Part shown: in pieces, positions 8,295 to 15,711 of the stretch | How the letters are laid out: every line of letters begins with the position of its first letter | How positions within the stretch are numbered: the stretch's first letter is position 1 | Origin: Candidatus Gastranaerophilales bacterium | Lineage (GTDB): Bacteria; Cyanobacteriota; Vampirovibrionia; Gastranaerophilales; Gastranaerophilaceae | NCBI GenBank assembly: GCA_021201175.1 | Contig: JAJQFK010000225.1 | Coordinates: forward strand, 1-32,411 | DNA length: 32,411 bases | Reading direction: 5' to 3' | The notes under the pieces: model-generated | The model's input: only the letters and a program-made list of their open reading frames with translations | What the model was told of the DNA's origin: nothing | The model's database searches: none | Position numbers and translations under genes: made by a program

Positions 8295-9008
8295 TTATAA
8301 ATAGTTTGCGAGTACATTTTTTACATAGTTTTGGGTTTCTCTAAACGGAGGAACTCCGTTATATTTATCAACATTCCCCGGTCCCGCATTGTATGCCGCG
8401 AGCGCAAGTATTATATTCCCATTGTATCTGTCCATCATACTTTTTAAATATCGTACACCTCCGTCTACATTTTGTACCGGATTATATGGATTTTCTACTC
8501 CGAGTGCTTTTGCCGTAGATGGCATTAACTGCATTAACCCCTGTGCACCCGCCGAGGATTTCGCATTCGGATTATATCCTGATTCTTGTTTTATTACGGC
8601 ATTAACAAGTTTTTCGTCAACTCCGTGTTTTTTAGAAATGTTCGATATCAGACTTTTTATTTGTGAACGTTCGCTATTGACTGTAATAGGAGAATAATCA
8701 ATATTATCTATGGTCTGTTGATATATATCATTTGATATTTCATCTGTGAGCCGTTTGGCTTCCGTTCTTTTTGATGTTAAAGAACCAAATTTCACTGTTG
8801 TTTCGGGTTTGTTAACATTAAAACGAGTATGAACATCAAGTGAAGAATTCATTACATCTTGAAATGTTTTAAATTCAACATCAGATGGTTGTGTAAACTC
8901 CGGAGATTTTACGGTGCTTTGAGCAGCATTACTAAGCTGCTGCGCCCTTTTTATTGCTGCTGCTTGACCTGATGAATTAAGCAAATTTTGAATCATACCC
9001 GTAAACAT
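8295..9008 (-). CDS. lytic transglycosylase (SLT, family 1 domain) embedded in the flagellar operon
   Basis: 237 aa. SLT catalytic motifs [22 protein letters not shown] and [10 protein letters not shown] lie in the C-terminal half. I did not recognise the N-terminal ~110 aa. Confidence 0.8.
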   Translation of the reverse strand: MFTGMIQNLLNSSGQAAAIKRAQQLSNAAQSTVKSPEFTQPSDVEFKTFQDVMNSSLDVHTRFNVNKPETTVKFGSLTSKRTEAKRLTDEISNDIYQQTIDNIDYSPITVNSERSQIKSLISNISKKHGVDEKLVNAVIKQESGYNPNAKSSAGAQGLMQLMPSTAKALGVENPYNPVQNVDGGVRYLKSMMDRYNGNIILALAAYNAGPGNVDKYNGVPPFRETQNYVKNVLANYL

Positions 9009-9029
9009 TACTACACACTGCCCTTTTTA

Positions 9030-9473
9030 TCAGCTTCCTATTGATGCCGCCCTTTCTGCCATTGATTTTGACATTGTTATTATTGCAAGGCTGGCTTCAT
9101 ACGCTCTTTGCGCCATTATTGCATCTGTAATTTCCACAAGCGGATCAACATTTGATGTTCTTATATACCCGTTTTCATCCGCATCAGGGTGACCCGGCTT
9201 GTAAAGTTTTTCGCCCAATGTAGGATCTTCAACTACGCCCGCCACCGCTACGCTTCCTGTCGTGTATGATGCCGCGCCGGTACCGAATGCGGCTTCTTTC
9301 ATCTGGTTCATTACACTTAAAAACGAACTTCTGTCCGTTGAAACCACAAGCGGTATTTTTCTTGTATAATTCGGAGTATCAACATTGGCTATATTTTTTG
9401 AACTTATATCCAATCTTGCTCCATGCACTTTCAGACCGTCACAGCCTGTATTCATTGCACTAAATATTCCCAT
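9030..9473 (-). CDS. flgC: flagellar basal-body rod protein FlgC
   Basis: 147 aa. N-terminal NIANVDTPNYTRK and C-terminal DPLVEITDAIMAQRAYEASLAIIT motifs. The flgB stop overlaps its start (TAATG). Confidence 0.85.
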   Translation of the reverse strand: MGIFSAMNTGCDGLKVHGARLDISSKNIANVDTPNYTRKIPLVVSTDRSSFLSVMNQMKEAAFGTGAASYTTGSVAVAGVVEDPTLGEKLYKPGHPDADENGYIRTSNVDPLVEITDAIMAQRAYEASLAIITMSKSMAERAASIGS

Positions 9474-9823
9474 TAGCTGCTACCCATGTTTATTACTGTT
9501 TTCATTTCTGTTATTATAGATGACATTCTTCTTGAGGCAACCGTATATAGAATTGAGTTTTTTTGTATTTCTGATAATTCAGTGGCAGGATCAATTTTTT
9601 CTGCATACGATTCCGTTGTAATGGGAGATGACCCCATTATATTTGATAACTTTGTTTCTAACGGATTCATTGTTCCGTCTAAATATTGTGTAAAAGATAT
9701 ATCTTTTCTTTTATAATTCGGAGTATCCATATTCGCAAGATTACATGATAGCGCCTTATGTCTTTCCGCTATCAAATCTAATGCATTTAAAGTTCTTCCT
9801 ATTGAATTATTTGAATTTATCAT
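9473..9823 (-). CDS. flgB: flagellar basal-body rod protein FlgB
   Basis: 116 aa. The rod N-terminal motif NLANMDTPNYKRKDISF, small size, and position before flgC. Confidence 0.8.
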   Translation of the reverse strand: MINSNNSIGRTLNALDLIAERHKALSCNLANMDTPNYKRKDISFTQYLDGTMNPLETKLSNIMGSSPITTESYAEKIDPATELSEIQKNSILYTVASRRMSSIITEMKTVINMGSS

Positions 9824-9834
9824 CTAGTTACCTT

Positions 9835-10548
9835 CTATTGATTTATTTGCAATGCTTGAGAGTACATTTCATTTGCTACTGTCATTACCTTGAAACTTGC
9901 CAACATTGAGGCATTTAGTCTTATTAATGAATCTACTTCTGTAATAATATCCATATTGGTCAACTCTATATTTCCCTGCTTAAATTTTTTATGTTCTTTT
10001 AATAAAATAGGTTCGCCGGATTCCGCCGTTAAATAATATTTGTTATTATCCGCTTTTTTTAGCGCTTCAGGATTTTGAAAATTAACCAGAGGAATATTAC
10101 CAAGGTATTCTCTTTTTGTTCCGTCTTTTGAAATTACTTCAACATCACCACCGGCATTAATTACTAAATTATCATAATTAACAGGCAGTTGAATACCGTC
10201 ACCTACAAGGTATCCGTCATTTGTTATTAAATATCCGTCCTTATCTACTTTAAAGGAACCTTCACGAGTGTATGTTACATCACCGGTTGGTGATGTAACG
10301 GGAATAAATCCAGCCCCGTCTATTGCGACATTAAACTGATTTGATGTTCTTTGTATTCCGCCCTGCGAAAAATTCGTTCTTTCTACTCCGGACAGATAGC
10401 CGTTTTCTCCAAGCATTTGCTCAAATCTTACAGATTTATACCCGTAAGTATTATAATTTGATATGTTAGTAGAAATATAGCCCATTCTTTCAAATTGGAT
10501 TTCAGCATTTACTATTCCTTTGTCTATAATTCCTCGAAGTGTTGACAT
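9835..10548 (-). CDS. flgG: flagellar rod protein, FlgG-like
   Basis: 237 aa. N-terminal NISNYNTYGYKS and C-terminal ELTNMDIITEVDSLIRLNASMLASFKVMTVANEM motifs of the FlgE/F/G family. AAGGGG RBS. The paralogue assignment (G versus F) is tentative. Confidence 0.6.
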   Translation of the reverse strand: MSTLRGIIDKGIVNAEIQFERMGYISTNISNYNTYGYKSVRFEQMLGENGYLSGVERTNFSQGGIQRTSNQFNVAIDGAGFIPVTSPTGDVTYTREGSFKVDKDGYLITNDGYLVGDGIQLPVNYDNLVINAGGDVEVISKDGTKREYLGNIPLVNFQNPEALKKADNNKYYLTAESGEPILLKEHKKFKQGNIELTNMDIITEVDSLIRLNASMLASFKVMTVANEMYSQALQINQ

Positions 10549-10562
10549 TTAAATATTACCCC

Positions 10563-11252
10563 TTAACTGCTTAATGTTGATATTGCTTTTTGTAAATTAG
10601 TATTTTGCATCATAAATAGCTGTCTGTTTGCCTCAAAAGTTTTTGAATATGGTATTGCTTCCAAAAACTCTGTTTGTATGCTTACATTTGAGGATTCAAC
10701 ATAACCTTGTCTTACATTCGGAGAAAGAACAGCCATTCCGTCGCTTGTAACTATGCCAAGAGTACCGGCAGTTTCAAATTTTCTTGTTTTATTATCCAGA
10801 ACTCTTACTATTCCATTTAAATCTATTGTTATATCTTCTAATTTTTCAGGAACAAACGGAAGTACAAGAGGAGTTCCCATATTTGTCAATATCTTACTTC
10901 CGTCTAAAGCAAGTATTTCACCTTCTTTGTTCATTTTAAATCTTCCGTCACGTGTTAATTTAATTCCGTCTTGTGTTTGTATCTGAAAAAATCCCTTTTC
11001 AGCAAGTGCAATATCAAGCGGATTTTCTGTTAAACACAATCTTCCTACAGTATCATCTGTTGTTGTTGAAATTGCATCTTCACCTATAAATTCAGCAAAT
11101 GAAGAAATTACGGGGATTTTTCTTTGATATCCGATTTTATCAAATCCCGTAACATTTTCATTCGTTATCCCCATAAGAGCAATCTGCATTCTCATAGCAC
11201 GAATGTTTTGAACAATTCCTCTTTCTGTATAATGTACACCGCCGTTTATCAT
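10563..11252 (-). CDS. flgF: flagellar rod protein, FlgF-like; first gene of the operon
   Basis: Rod-family motifs ...NENVTGFDKIGYQRK... and ...VESSNVSIQTEFLEAIPYSKTFEANRQLF.... The track ORF starts at a TTG at 11300. I prefer the ATG at 11252 (MINGG...), which is preceded by AAAAAGG 8 nt upstream. The paralogue assignment is tentative. Confidence 0.55.
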   Translation of the reverse strand: MINGGVHYTERGIVQNIRAMRMQIALMGITNENVTGFDKIGYQRKIPVISSFAEFIGEDAISTTTDDTVGRLCLTENPLDIALAEKGFFQIQTQDGIKLTRDGRFKMNKEGEILALDGSKILTNMGTPLVLPFVPEKLEDITIDLNGIVRVLDNKTRKFETAGTLGIVTSDGMAVLSPNVRQGYVESSNVSIQTEFLEAIPYSKTFEANRQLFMMQNTNLQKAISTLSS

Positions 11253-11427
11253 ACAATTTACCTTTTTACTACTATTTAATGATATAATATTAGAAGTCAA
11301 ATGTACCCGTATTTTTGGTGTATAAATACCGGAAAATTTATATTTTTATACTTCAAATATAGGATATTTCTAATAACTCTGTTTTTGTTATGTTATTATG
11401 GTTCTATAAACTAAACGGGATTAGGGA

Positions 11428-12297
11428 ATGCATTTAAAAAGTTGTTTTCTTGCAATTTTAATAATATTTATACTATCGCCAAAAGCGGAGGCGGTAAAAA
11501 TAGGGCTGCAAACTGGCGGTAAAGAGATAAAAGTTGCTTCTTCCGTGTCAGCAGAAATTTATGACGGATTAAAAGACAAATTGCTCTATGAAATAAGACC
11601 GATGACTATATATACGTTTAAAACAAAAGGTAATGAACTTTCTGTTTCTATAGACAGAAAAAATATTAATCTCGGTACTAATCAGGTCATAATTAAAACA
11701 AAAACTCCGGGGTTTTTATGTTCTAAAAAATCATGGTATAGAGGGGATTTTATAATAAATAATATGGGGTCAAGCGCTACTCTTATAAACGATGTTCCTT
11801 TGGAAGATTATCTAAAAGGAGTAGTACCATCCGAAATGCCGTCAAAATGGAATACAGAAGCTTTAAAAGCTCAGGCAATTGCAGCCAGAAGTTATGCGGT
11901 CGCAACAACCGCTGCGGGAAAACATGCTTCTCAAGGATTCGATTTAGTTGATACTACTGCTGATCAGGCTTATGGAGGAGCAAGCGTTGAAAAAGCTGCA
12001 ACTACAAAGGCTGTAGAGGATACAAAAGGTATTGTACTTGTTCAAAATAAAAAAGTTCTTCCGACATATTACCATGCAAGTTCCGGAGGACAGACAAAGG
12101 TGTGGGATTCTGGCAGTTCATTTCTGCAATCAGTTCCTTCATTTGATGCGGGAACAAAAAAGAACGGACACGGTGTAGGAATGAGCCAGCACGGAGCAAA
12201 TAATCTTGCTGCGCAAGGATATAATGCGTATCAAATTCTTAACTATTTTTACAAAGACTTTAAATTTGCTAAACTTAGCGAAAATTGGGATATATAA
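11428..12297 (+). CDS. SpoIID/LytB-domain protein (secreted peptidoglycan-remodelling factor)
   Basis: 289 aa. Signal peptide MHLKSCFLAILIIFILSPKAEA. The hallmark SpoIID stretch LEDYLKGVVPSEMPSKWNTEALKAQAIAARSYA, then YHASSGG, then GHGVGMSQHGA. Confidence 0.8.
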   Translation: MHLKSCFLAILIIFILSPKAEAVKIGLQTGGKEIKVASSVSAEIYDGLKDKLLYEIRPMTIYTFKTKGNELSVSIDRKNINLGTNQVIIKTKTPGFLCSKKSWYRGDFIINNMGSSATLINDVPLEDYLKGVVPSEMPSKWNTEALKAQAIAARSYAVATTAAGKHASQGFDLVDTTADQAYGGASVEKAATTKAVEDTKGIVLVQNKKVLPTYYHASSGGQTKVWDSGSSFLQSVPSFDAGTKKNGHGVGMSQHGANNLAAQGYNAYQILNYFYKDFKFAKLSENWDI

Positions 12298-12455
12298 ACT
12301 CATATCAAATTTCACCAACTCCCATAAAAGTATGAATTTTTCAAAATATAGTTCAAATTTTTATTTTTATTTACACTAAAAGAACGATATTTAAAAAAAG
12401 CAAATGTGATAACCTAGAAATACACAAAAACGGTCAGTAAAAAGAAAGGGTTATT

Positions 12456-12917
12456 ATGCAAATAGGAAAACTGAGTTTAAATTCAGCGAAAGCTGCGCAA
12501 AACACAACTTCTGCAAATAATACTCCTCAAAACAAGCTAAGTTCAAATCCGTTTGGAGTCAGCTTTAAAGGAAATGTTATACAGGCAGATGTTTTTGAAA
12601 GTGCAAACAAATCATCAATTACAAACAGTATATCGGAAAAAGGCAAGTTATTTGCCAGTGCTGTTGTAAGCGGTATTAACAATTTTAATGAATCTTTTAA
12701 GTCAAGAATGAATTCAATAGTATCATTCGGGAAAAAGGTTACAACTAATGTATTTGATACTATCGAAAGAATCGGAAATACAGAAGTAACATTTAATATG
12801 GATGGTATAAAAAATAAATTATTCCCTGACAGACAGTACTCTGTTAAAAATCTCACAAATCAACCGGTTTCAGATTTAAAAACTATGTGGCAAAATTTAG
12901 AAGAACAAGCAGTATAA
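12456..12917 (+). CDS. hypothetical protein (153 aa, N/S/T-rich N-terminus)
   Basis: Clean ORF with an AAGGG RBS. I recognise no motif. Confidence 0.5.
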   Translation: MQIGKLSLNSAKAAQNTTSANNTPQNKLSSNPFGVSFKGNVIQADVFESANKSSITNSISEKGKLFASAVVSGINNFNESFKSRMNSIVSFGKKVTTNVFDTIERIGNTEVTFNMDGIKNKLFPDRQYSVKNLTNQPVSDLKTMWQNLEEQAV

Positions 12918-12942
12918 ATTATATCAGGGAGAGAGATAAAAA

Positions 12943-13311
12943 ATGGATAATAATAAAAAAATAAAAAATATTATACAAGCTCTGGGAGAACATAAAGACA
13001 GTCAGGCTGCAATTGAAATTCTGACAGAATTAGGAACAAATTCTTCCGATGATGAAATAAGAGAGTTCACGGCTCAGACCTTAATAAGAAAAAATACTCA
13101 TGAATCTTTAAGAGTTGTATTAATCTCAAAAGGAAAAGGGATTAATGATTTAAGTGCCAGAGTTGCAATGGCTTCCATTAATGAACTTTTATCTTTAAAA
13201 GATAAATCAGAGGCAATTAAAATTCTGGATGATACAATAAAAATGCATTCCGAAGAAGATGTAAGAAATACAGCACGTTCTGTAAGAGCACTAATGACCT
13301 TTTCTTCATAA
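12943..13311 (+). CDS. hypothetical protein, possibly HEAT-like repeats
   Basis: 122 aa. Two D/E-D/E-x-V/I-R-x-x-A-x-x-x-L segments (DDEIREFTAQTLIR and EEDVRNTARSVRAL) reminiscent of HEAT/PBS-lyase-type repeats. GGGAGAGAG RBS. Confidence 0.45.
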   Translation: MDNNKKIKNIIQALGEHKDSQAAIEILTELGTNSSDDEIREFTAQTLIRKNTHESLRVVLISKGKGINDLSARVAMASINELLSLKDKSEAIKILDDTIKMHSEEDVRNTARSVRALMTFSS

Positions 13312-13343
13312 ATAAAATATGATGATAGGAATTTTATATATAT

Positions 13344-13372
13344 AAAAAAACTCCTTTATAAGGAGTTTTTTT
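13344..13372. terminator. bidirectional intrinsic terminator
   Basis: AAAAAAACTCCTT-TAT-AAGGAGTTTTTTT: a perfect 7-bp stem flanked by an A-run and a T-run, located after the 122-aa ORF. Confidence 0.7.
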
Positions 13373-13437
13373 AATGTATAATCAAATAAGATGTCCAAAG
13401 TTGAGGAACCGGAAATAAACAGGAGGAATGTAAGAAA

Positions 13438-14517
13438 ATGACAACATACAATATAGCACTTCTTGCAGGTGACGGAACAGGGAAAGAAGTAACAGATGAG
13501 GCTGTAAAAATTTTAAAAGCGATAGAGCAAAAATACGGATATGAGTTTAATTTTGAACGCGCATTAATAGGCGGTTGTGCTTATGATGAATTTAAGACTC
13601 CATTGCCCCAAACGACTCTGGACATTGCAAAAAAATCAGATGCCGTATTGTTAGGTGCAGTCGGTGACTGGAAATATGATAATCTTCCTCCTGAGGTCAG
13701 ACCGGAAAGGGCACTGTTAGGAATAAGAAAAGAATTAAATTTATTTGCTAATTTAAGACCGGCTGTTGTATACCCTGAATTAACATCGTTGTCTCCTTTA
13801 AAAGAAGAAGTTGTTTCAGGTACTGATATAATGATTATACGCGAGTTAACCGGTGATGTATACTTTGGTACACCAAAAGGTATAGAAGAAAAAAACGGTG
13901 AAAAATTCGGATTTAACAATATGTGTTATTTCGAAAGTGAAATAAAACGAATTGCGCATATTGCGTTTCAAACAGCAATGCAGCGAAATAAAAAACTATG
14001 TTCCGTGGATAAAGCGAATGTACTTGATGTATCAAGGTTATGGCGTGAAACTGTAATTTGCGTATCTAAAGATTATCCGGAAGTTGAGTTAACTCATATG
14101 TATGTTGATAATGCAGCAATGCAAATTATAAGAAATCCTAAACAATTTGATGTTATATTAACAGGAAATATATTCGGAGATATACTTTCAGATGAGGCAT
14201 CAATGCTTGCCGGTTCATTAGGTATGCTTCCGAGTGCTTCTTTATCTGATAAAATTCCCTCTATGTATGAGCCGATACATGGAAGTGCTCCGGATTTAAA
14301 AGGACAAAATGTAGTTAACCCTATTGCCACAATACTTTCAGCGGCAATGATGCTCAAATATTCTTTTAAAATGAATGACGAATACAACGATATTGAAAAT
14401 GCGGTAAGAAAAACATTGAAATCCGGCTATAGAACAAAAGATATTGCTCAAGAAGGTGCCAAAATAACAGGCACTTCTCAAATGGGTGATTTAATAAAAG
14501 AAAACATTTTAAAATAG
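13438..14517 (+). CDS. leuB: 3-isopropylmalate dehydrogenase
   Basis: 359 aa. [14 protein letters not shown]-terminus, [18 protein letters not shown], and [26 protein letters not shown], typical of LeuB. AGGAGG RBS. Confidence 0.9.
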   Translation: MTTYNIALLAGDGTGKEVTDEAVKILKAIEQKYGYEFNFERALIGGCAYDEFKTPLPQTTLDIAKKSDAVLLGAVGDWKYDNLPPEVRPERALLGIRKELNLFANLRPAVVYPELTSLSPLKEEVVSGTDIMIIRELTGDVYFGTPKGIEEKNGEKFGFNNMCYFESEIKRIAHIAFQTAMQRNKKLCSVDKANVLDVSRLWRETVICVSKDYPEVELTHMYVDNAAMQIIRNPKQFDVILTGNIFGDILSDEASMLAGSLGMLPSASLSDKIPSMYEPIHGSAPDLKGQNVVNPIATILSAAMMLKYSFKMNDEYNDIENAVRKTLKSGYRTKDIAQEGAKITGTSQMGDLIKENILK

Positions 14518-14690
14518 CATATAATCCGGGGGAAGCACTCTTTTTCATGCAATAAATTGCACGTTGAAACTGTGGCTGTCCGCCATAGATACACAACCTA
14601 TAAGTTGAGTATAGAAGATATTCTGCGTGCCTGTAACGTAGTGAATAATCAATGTTCGCGAAACAACAGCAAAACAGCATCGCCACGACT

Positions 14691-14761
14691 AAAAATATTA
14701 TTGTCGGGGTAGAAACCCCGACCTACCAAAAATAATATTATTGGGTAGAAACCCCAACTAC
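14691..14761. repeat. tandem ~38-nt repeat, each unit carrying a GC-rich hairpin; possible minus-strand terminators
   Basis: Unit 1 holds the perfect hairpin GTCGGGG-TAGAAA-CCCCGAC (14703-14722). Unit 2 holds the degenerate TTGGG-TAGAAA-CCCCAA (14741-14757). Both are preceded by ATATTATT. Read on the minus strand, each hairpin is followed by AATAATATT(T)n, downstream of the pilin-like gene. Confidence 0.6.
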
Positions 14762-14781
14762 ACTAGGCAGTAAACCGTCTT

Positions 14782-14945
14782 TGCGAGGAGTGTAACGACG
14801 AAGCAATCTAGTCCTAAAGATGGCAGAGATTGCCACGCCGATAAATCGGCTCGCAATGACGCTGCTGCCCGAAATGAAGGAAAATCCAAGAAGCGAAATT
14901 CCGACGTCTAGAGAGATTGCCATGCTGATAAATCGGCTCACAAGA
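14782..14945. repeat. cluster of short GC-rich palindromic repeat modules
   Basis: TGCGAGGAGTGTAACGACGAAGCAATC (14782-14808). Two copies of AGAGATTGCCAYGCYGATAAATCGGCTCRCAA (14825-14857 and 14914-14945). Copy 1 folds as ATTGC(14829-33)..CCGA-TAAA-TCGG(14838-49)..GCAAT(14853-57). Confidence 0.65.
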
Positions 14946-14960
14946 TGTTCACGAACTTTT

Positions 14961-15683
14961 TTAATCCAACTCCCAACCGTTGCACTGAATTGCTCTGCTG
15001 CAAGAACCCGGATGGTTACTACTACAGCTATTTATTATGCTATATCTGGAACAATCAGTAGAGCCAATACAACTATCTCCTGCACATACTTTCGTCCAAT
15101 GTATATTATTATCAGAGTTATCATAAGCCTGAACTAAAAATTTAAATATATCTTTGTTGTATTGATTTGGCATACTATATCCGTTTGTATCGTAATAAAT
15201 AAAAATAGTTCCATCTCCGCCTTTATAGGCTTGTATAATTAACGAACCATCATTTAGAGCATAAACATTTTTGTAAGTTGATGTGCGAGAGCCACCGCCG
15301 GATCTTTGAGAAACTTGATAATTCATCACATAATCTATATTTGTTTTTGTAACGGGCATGCGTTTACCTATGGTGTTATTCCAGAAAGTAGATTCTAACA
15401 GATTTCCGGAAACATTTTTTAATCCTGCTTTGACAAATCTTTCTTTTTCAAGTCTTGAGGCATTTACCGCTTGAGAAAGAGTTGAATAAAATTTCTTTAA
15501 TCTTGCAGATGTTTCTTTTTTCTTATAATTAGCCGTTAATGTCGGTACGGAAATAGCCGCAATTATTCCGATAATAACAAGAGTTATAAGAACTTCTGCA
15601 AGTGTAAAAGCTTTTTGTTTATTGTTATTATTGCTCAATTTCGCTTTTTGACTGCCACGGGGGGGGGTATTTCTATAATTCAT
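14961..15683 (-). CDS. type IV pilin-like / pseudopilin protein (prepilin N-terminal cleavage/methylation motif)
   Basis: 240 aa. ...KQKAFTLAEVLITLVIIGIIAAISVPTL is the class III signal/methylation motif. The downstream YYDTNGYSMPNQYNKDIFKFLV matches the D-x-N-G-x-x-x-P-N-x-x-G-x-D-x-F-x-F pilin-like motif. Cys-rich C-terminus. AAGGAG RBS 28 nt after the gltX stop. Confidence 0.75.
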   Translation of the reverse strand: MNYRNTPPRGSQKAKLSNNNNKQKAFTLAEVLITLVIIGIIAAISVPTLTANYKKKETSARLKKFYSTLSQAVNASRLEKERFVKAGLKNVSGNLLESTFWNNTIGKRMPVTKTNIDYVMNYQVSQRSGGGSRTSTYKNVYALNDGSLIIQAYKGGDGTIFIYYDTNGYSMPNQYNKDIFKFLVQAYDNSDNNIHWTKVCAGDSCIGSTDCSRYSIINSCSSNHPGSCSRAIQCNGWELD

Positions 15684-15711
15684 ACTCTTTACTCCTTTTA
15701 TATATTTACTT

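Noticed and set aside
11253-11300. 16-codon N-terminal extension of the FlgF-like ORF from a TTG start (MTSNIISLNSSKKVNC)
   Set aside because: The downstream ATG at 11252 has a proper AAAAAGG RBS. Rod proteins normally begin right at the conserved N-terminal helix, so the extension is probably not translated.
12456-12917. The 153-aa protein as the anti-sigma-28 factor FlgM (N/S/T-rich disordered N-terminus, near flagellar genes)
   Set aside because: It is longer than FlgM and lacks the conserved C-terminal amphipathic sigma-28-binding helices. It is also transcribed divergently from the flagellar operon.
14518-14700. Possible tRNA, tmRNA or SRP RNA in the GC-richer spacer after leuB
   Set aside because: I found no T-loop (GTTCRANYC) with flanking stems, no tmRNA 5' GGGG...acceptor pairing, and no SRP domain IV motif on either strand.
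14694-14761. CRISPR-like appearance of the two GTAGAAAC-containing hairpin repeats
   Set aside because: There are only two copies, separated by ~8 nt rather than a 30-40 nt spacer. The second copy is degenerate, and there are no cas genes in the window.
14520-14810. Possible DGR template repeat (TR) for the 270-413 segment. Short shared strings are ACTACGTT (on the reverse complement near 14640) and CTTTGC-AGG(A/G)GTG (near 14779).
   Set aside because: Alignment beyond 8-14 nt fails. The mismatches are not restricted to adenines and require indels, and there is no RT gene nearby. There is no TR in this window.
14837-14844. GCCGATAA, identical to the sigma-28 (FliA) -10 consensus, with TAAAGA upstream
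   Set aside because: The spacing from TAAA is ~18 nt rather than ~15 nt. The second repeat copy reads GCTGATAA. No gene lies downstream on that strand, only the 3' end of a convergent gene. The match is most likely a coincidence within the palindromic repeat.
14366-15137. ORFs 14366..14686(-), 14738..14941(-) and 14820..15137(+) across the leuB/pilin intergenic region
   Set aside because: They are read-throughs of the palindromic repeat modules, which are open in several frames on both strands, and they overlap real gene ends. They have no RBS. I treat them as repeat artefacts rather than genes.
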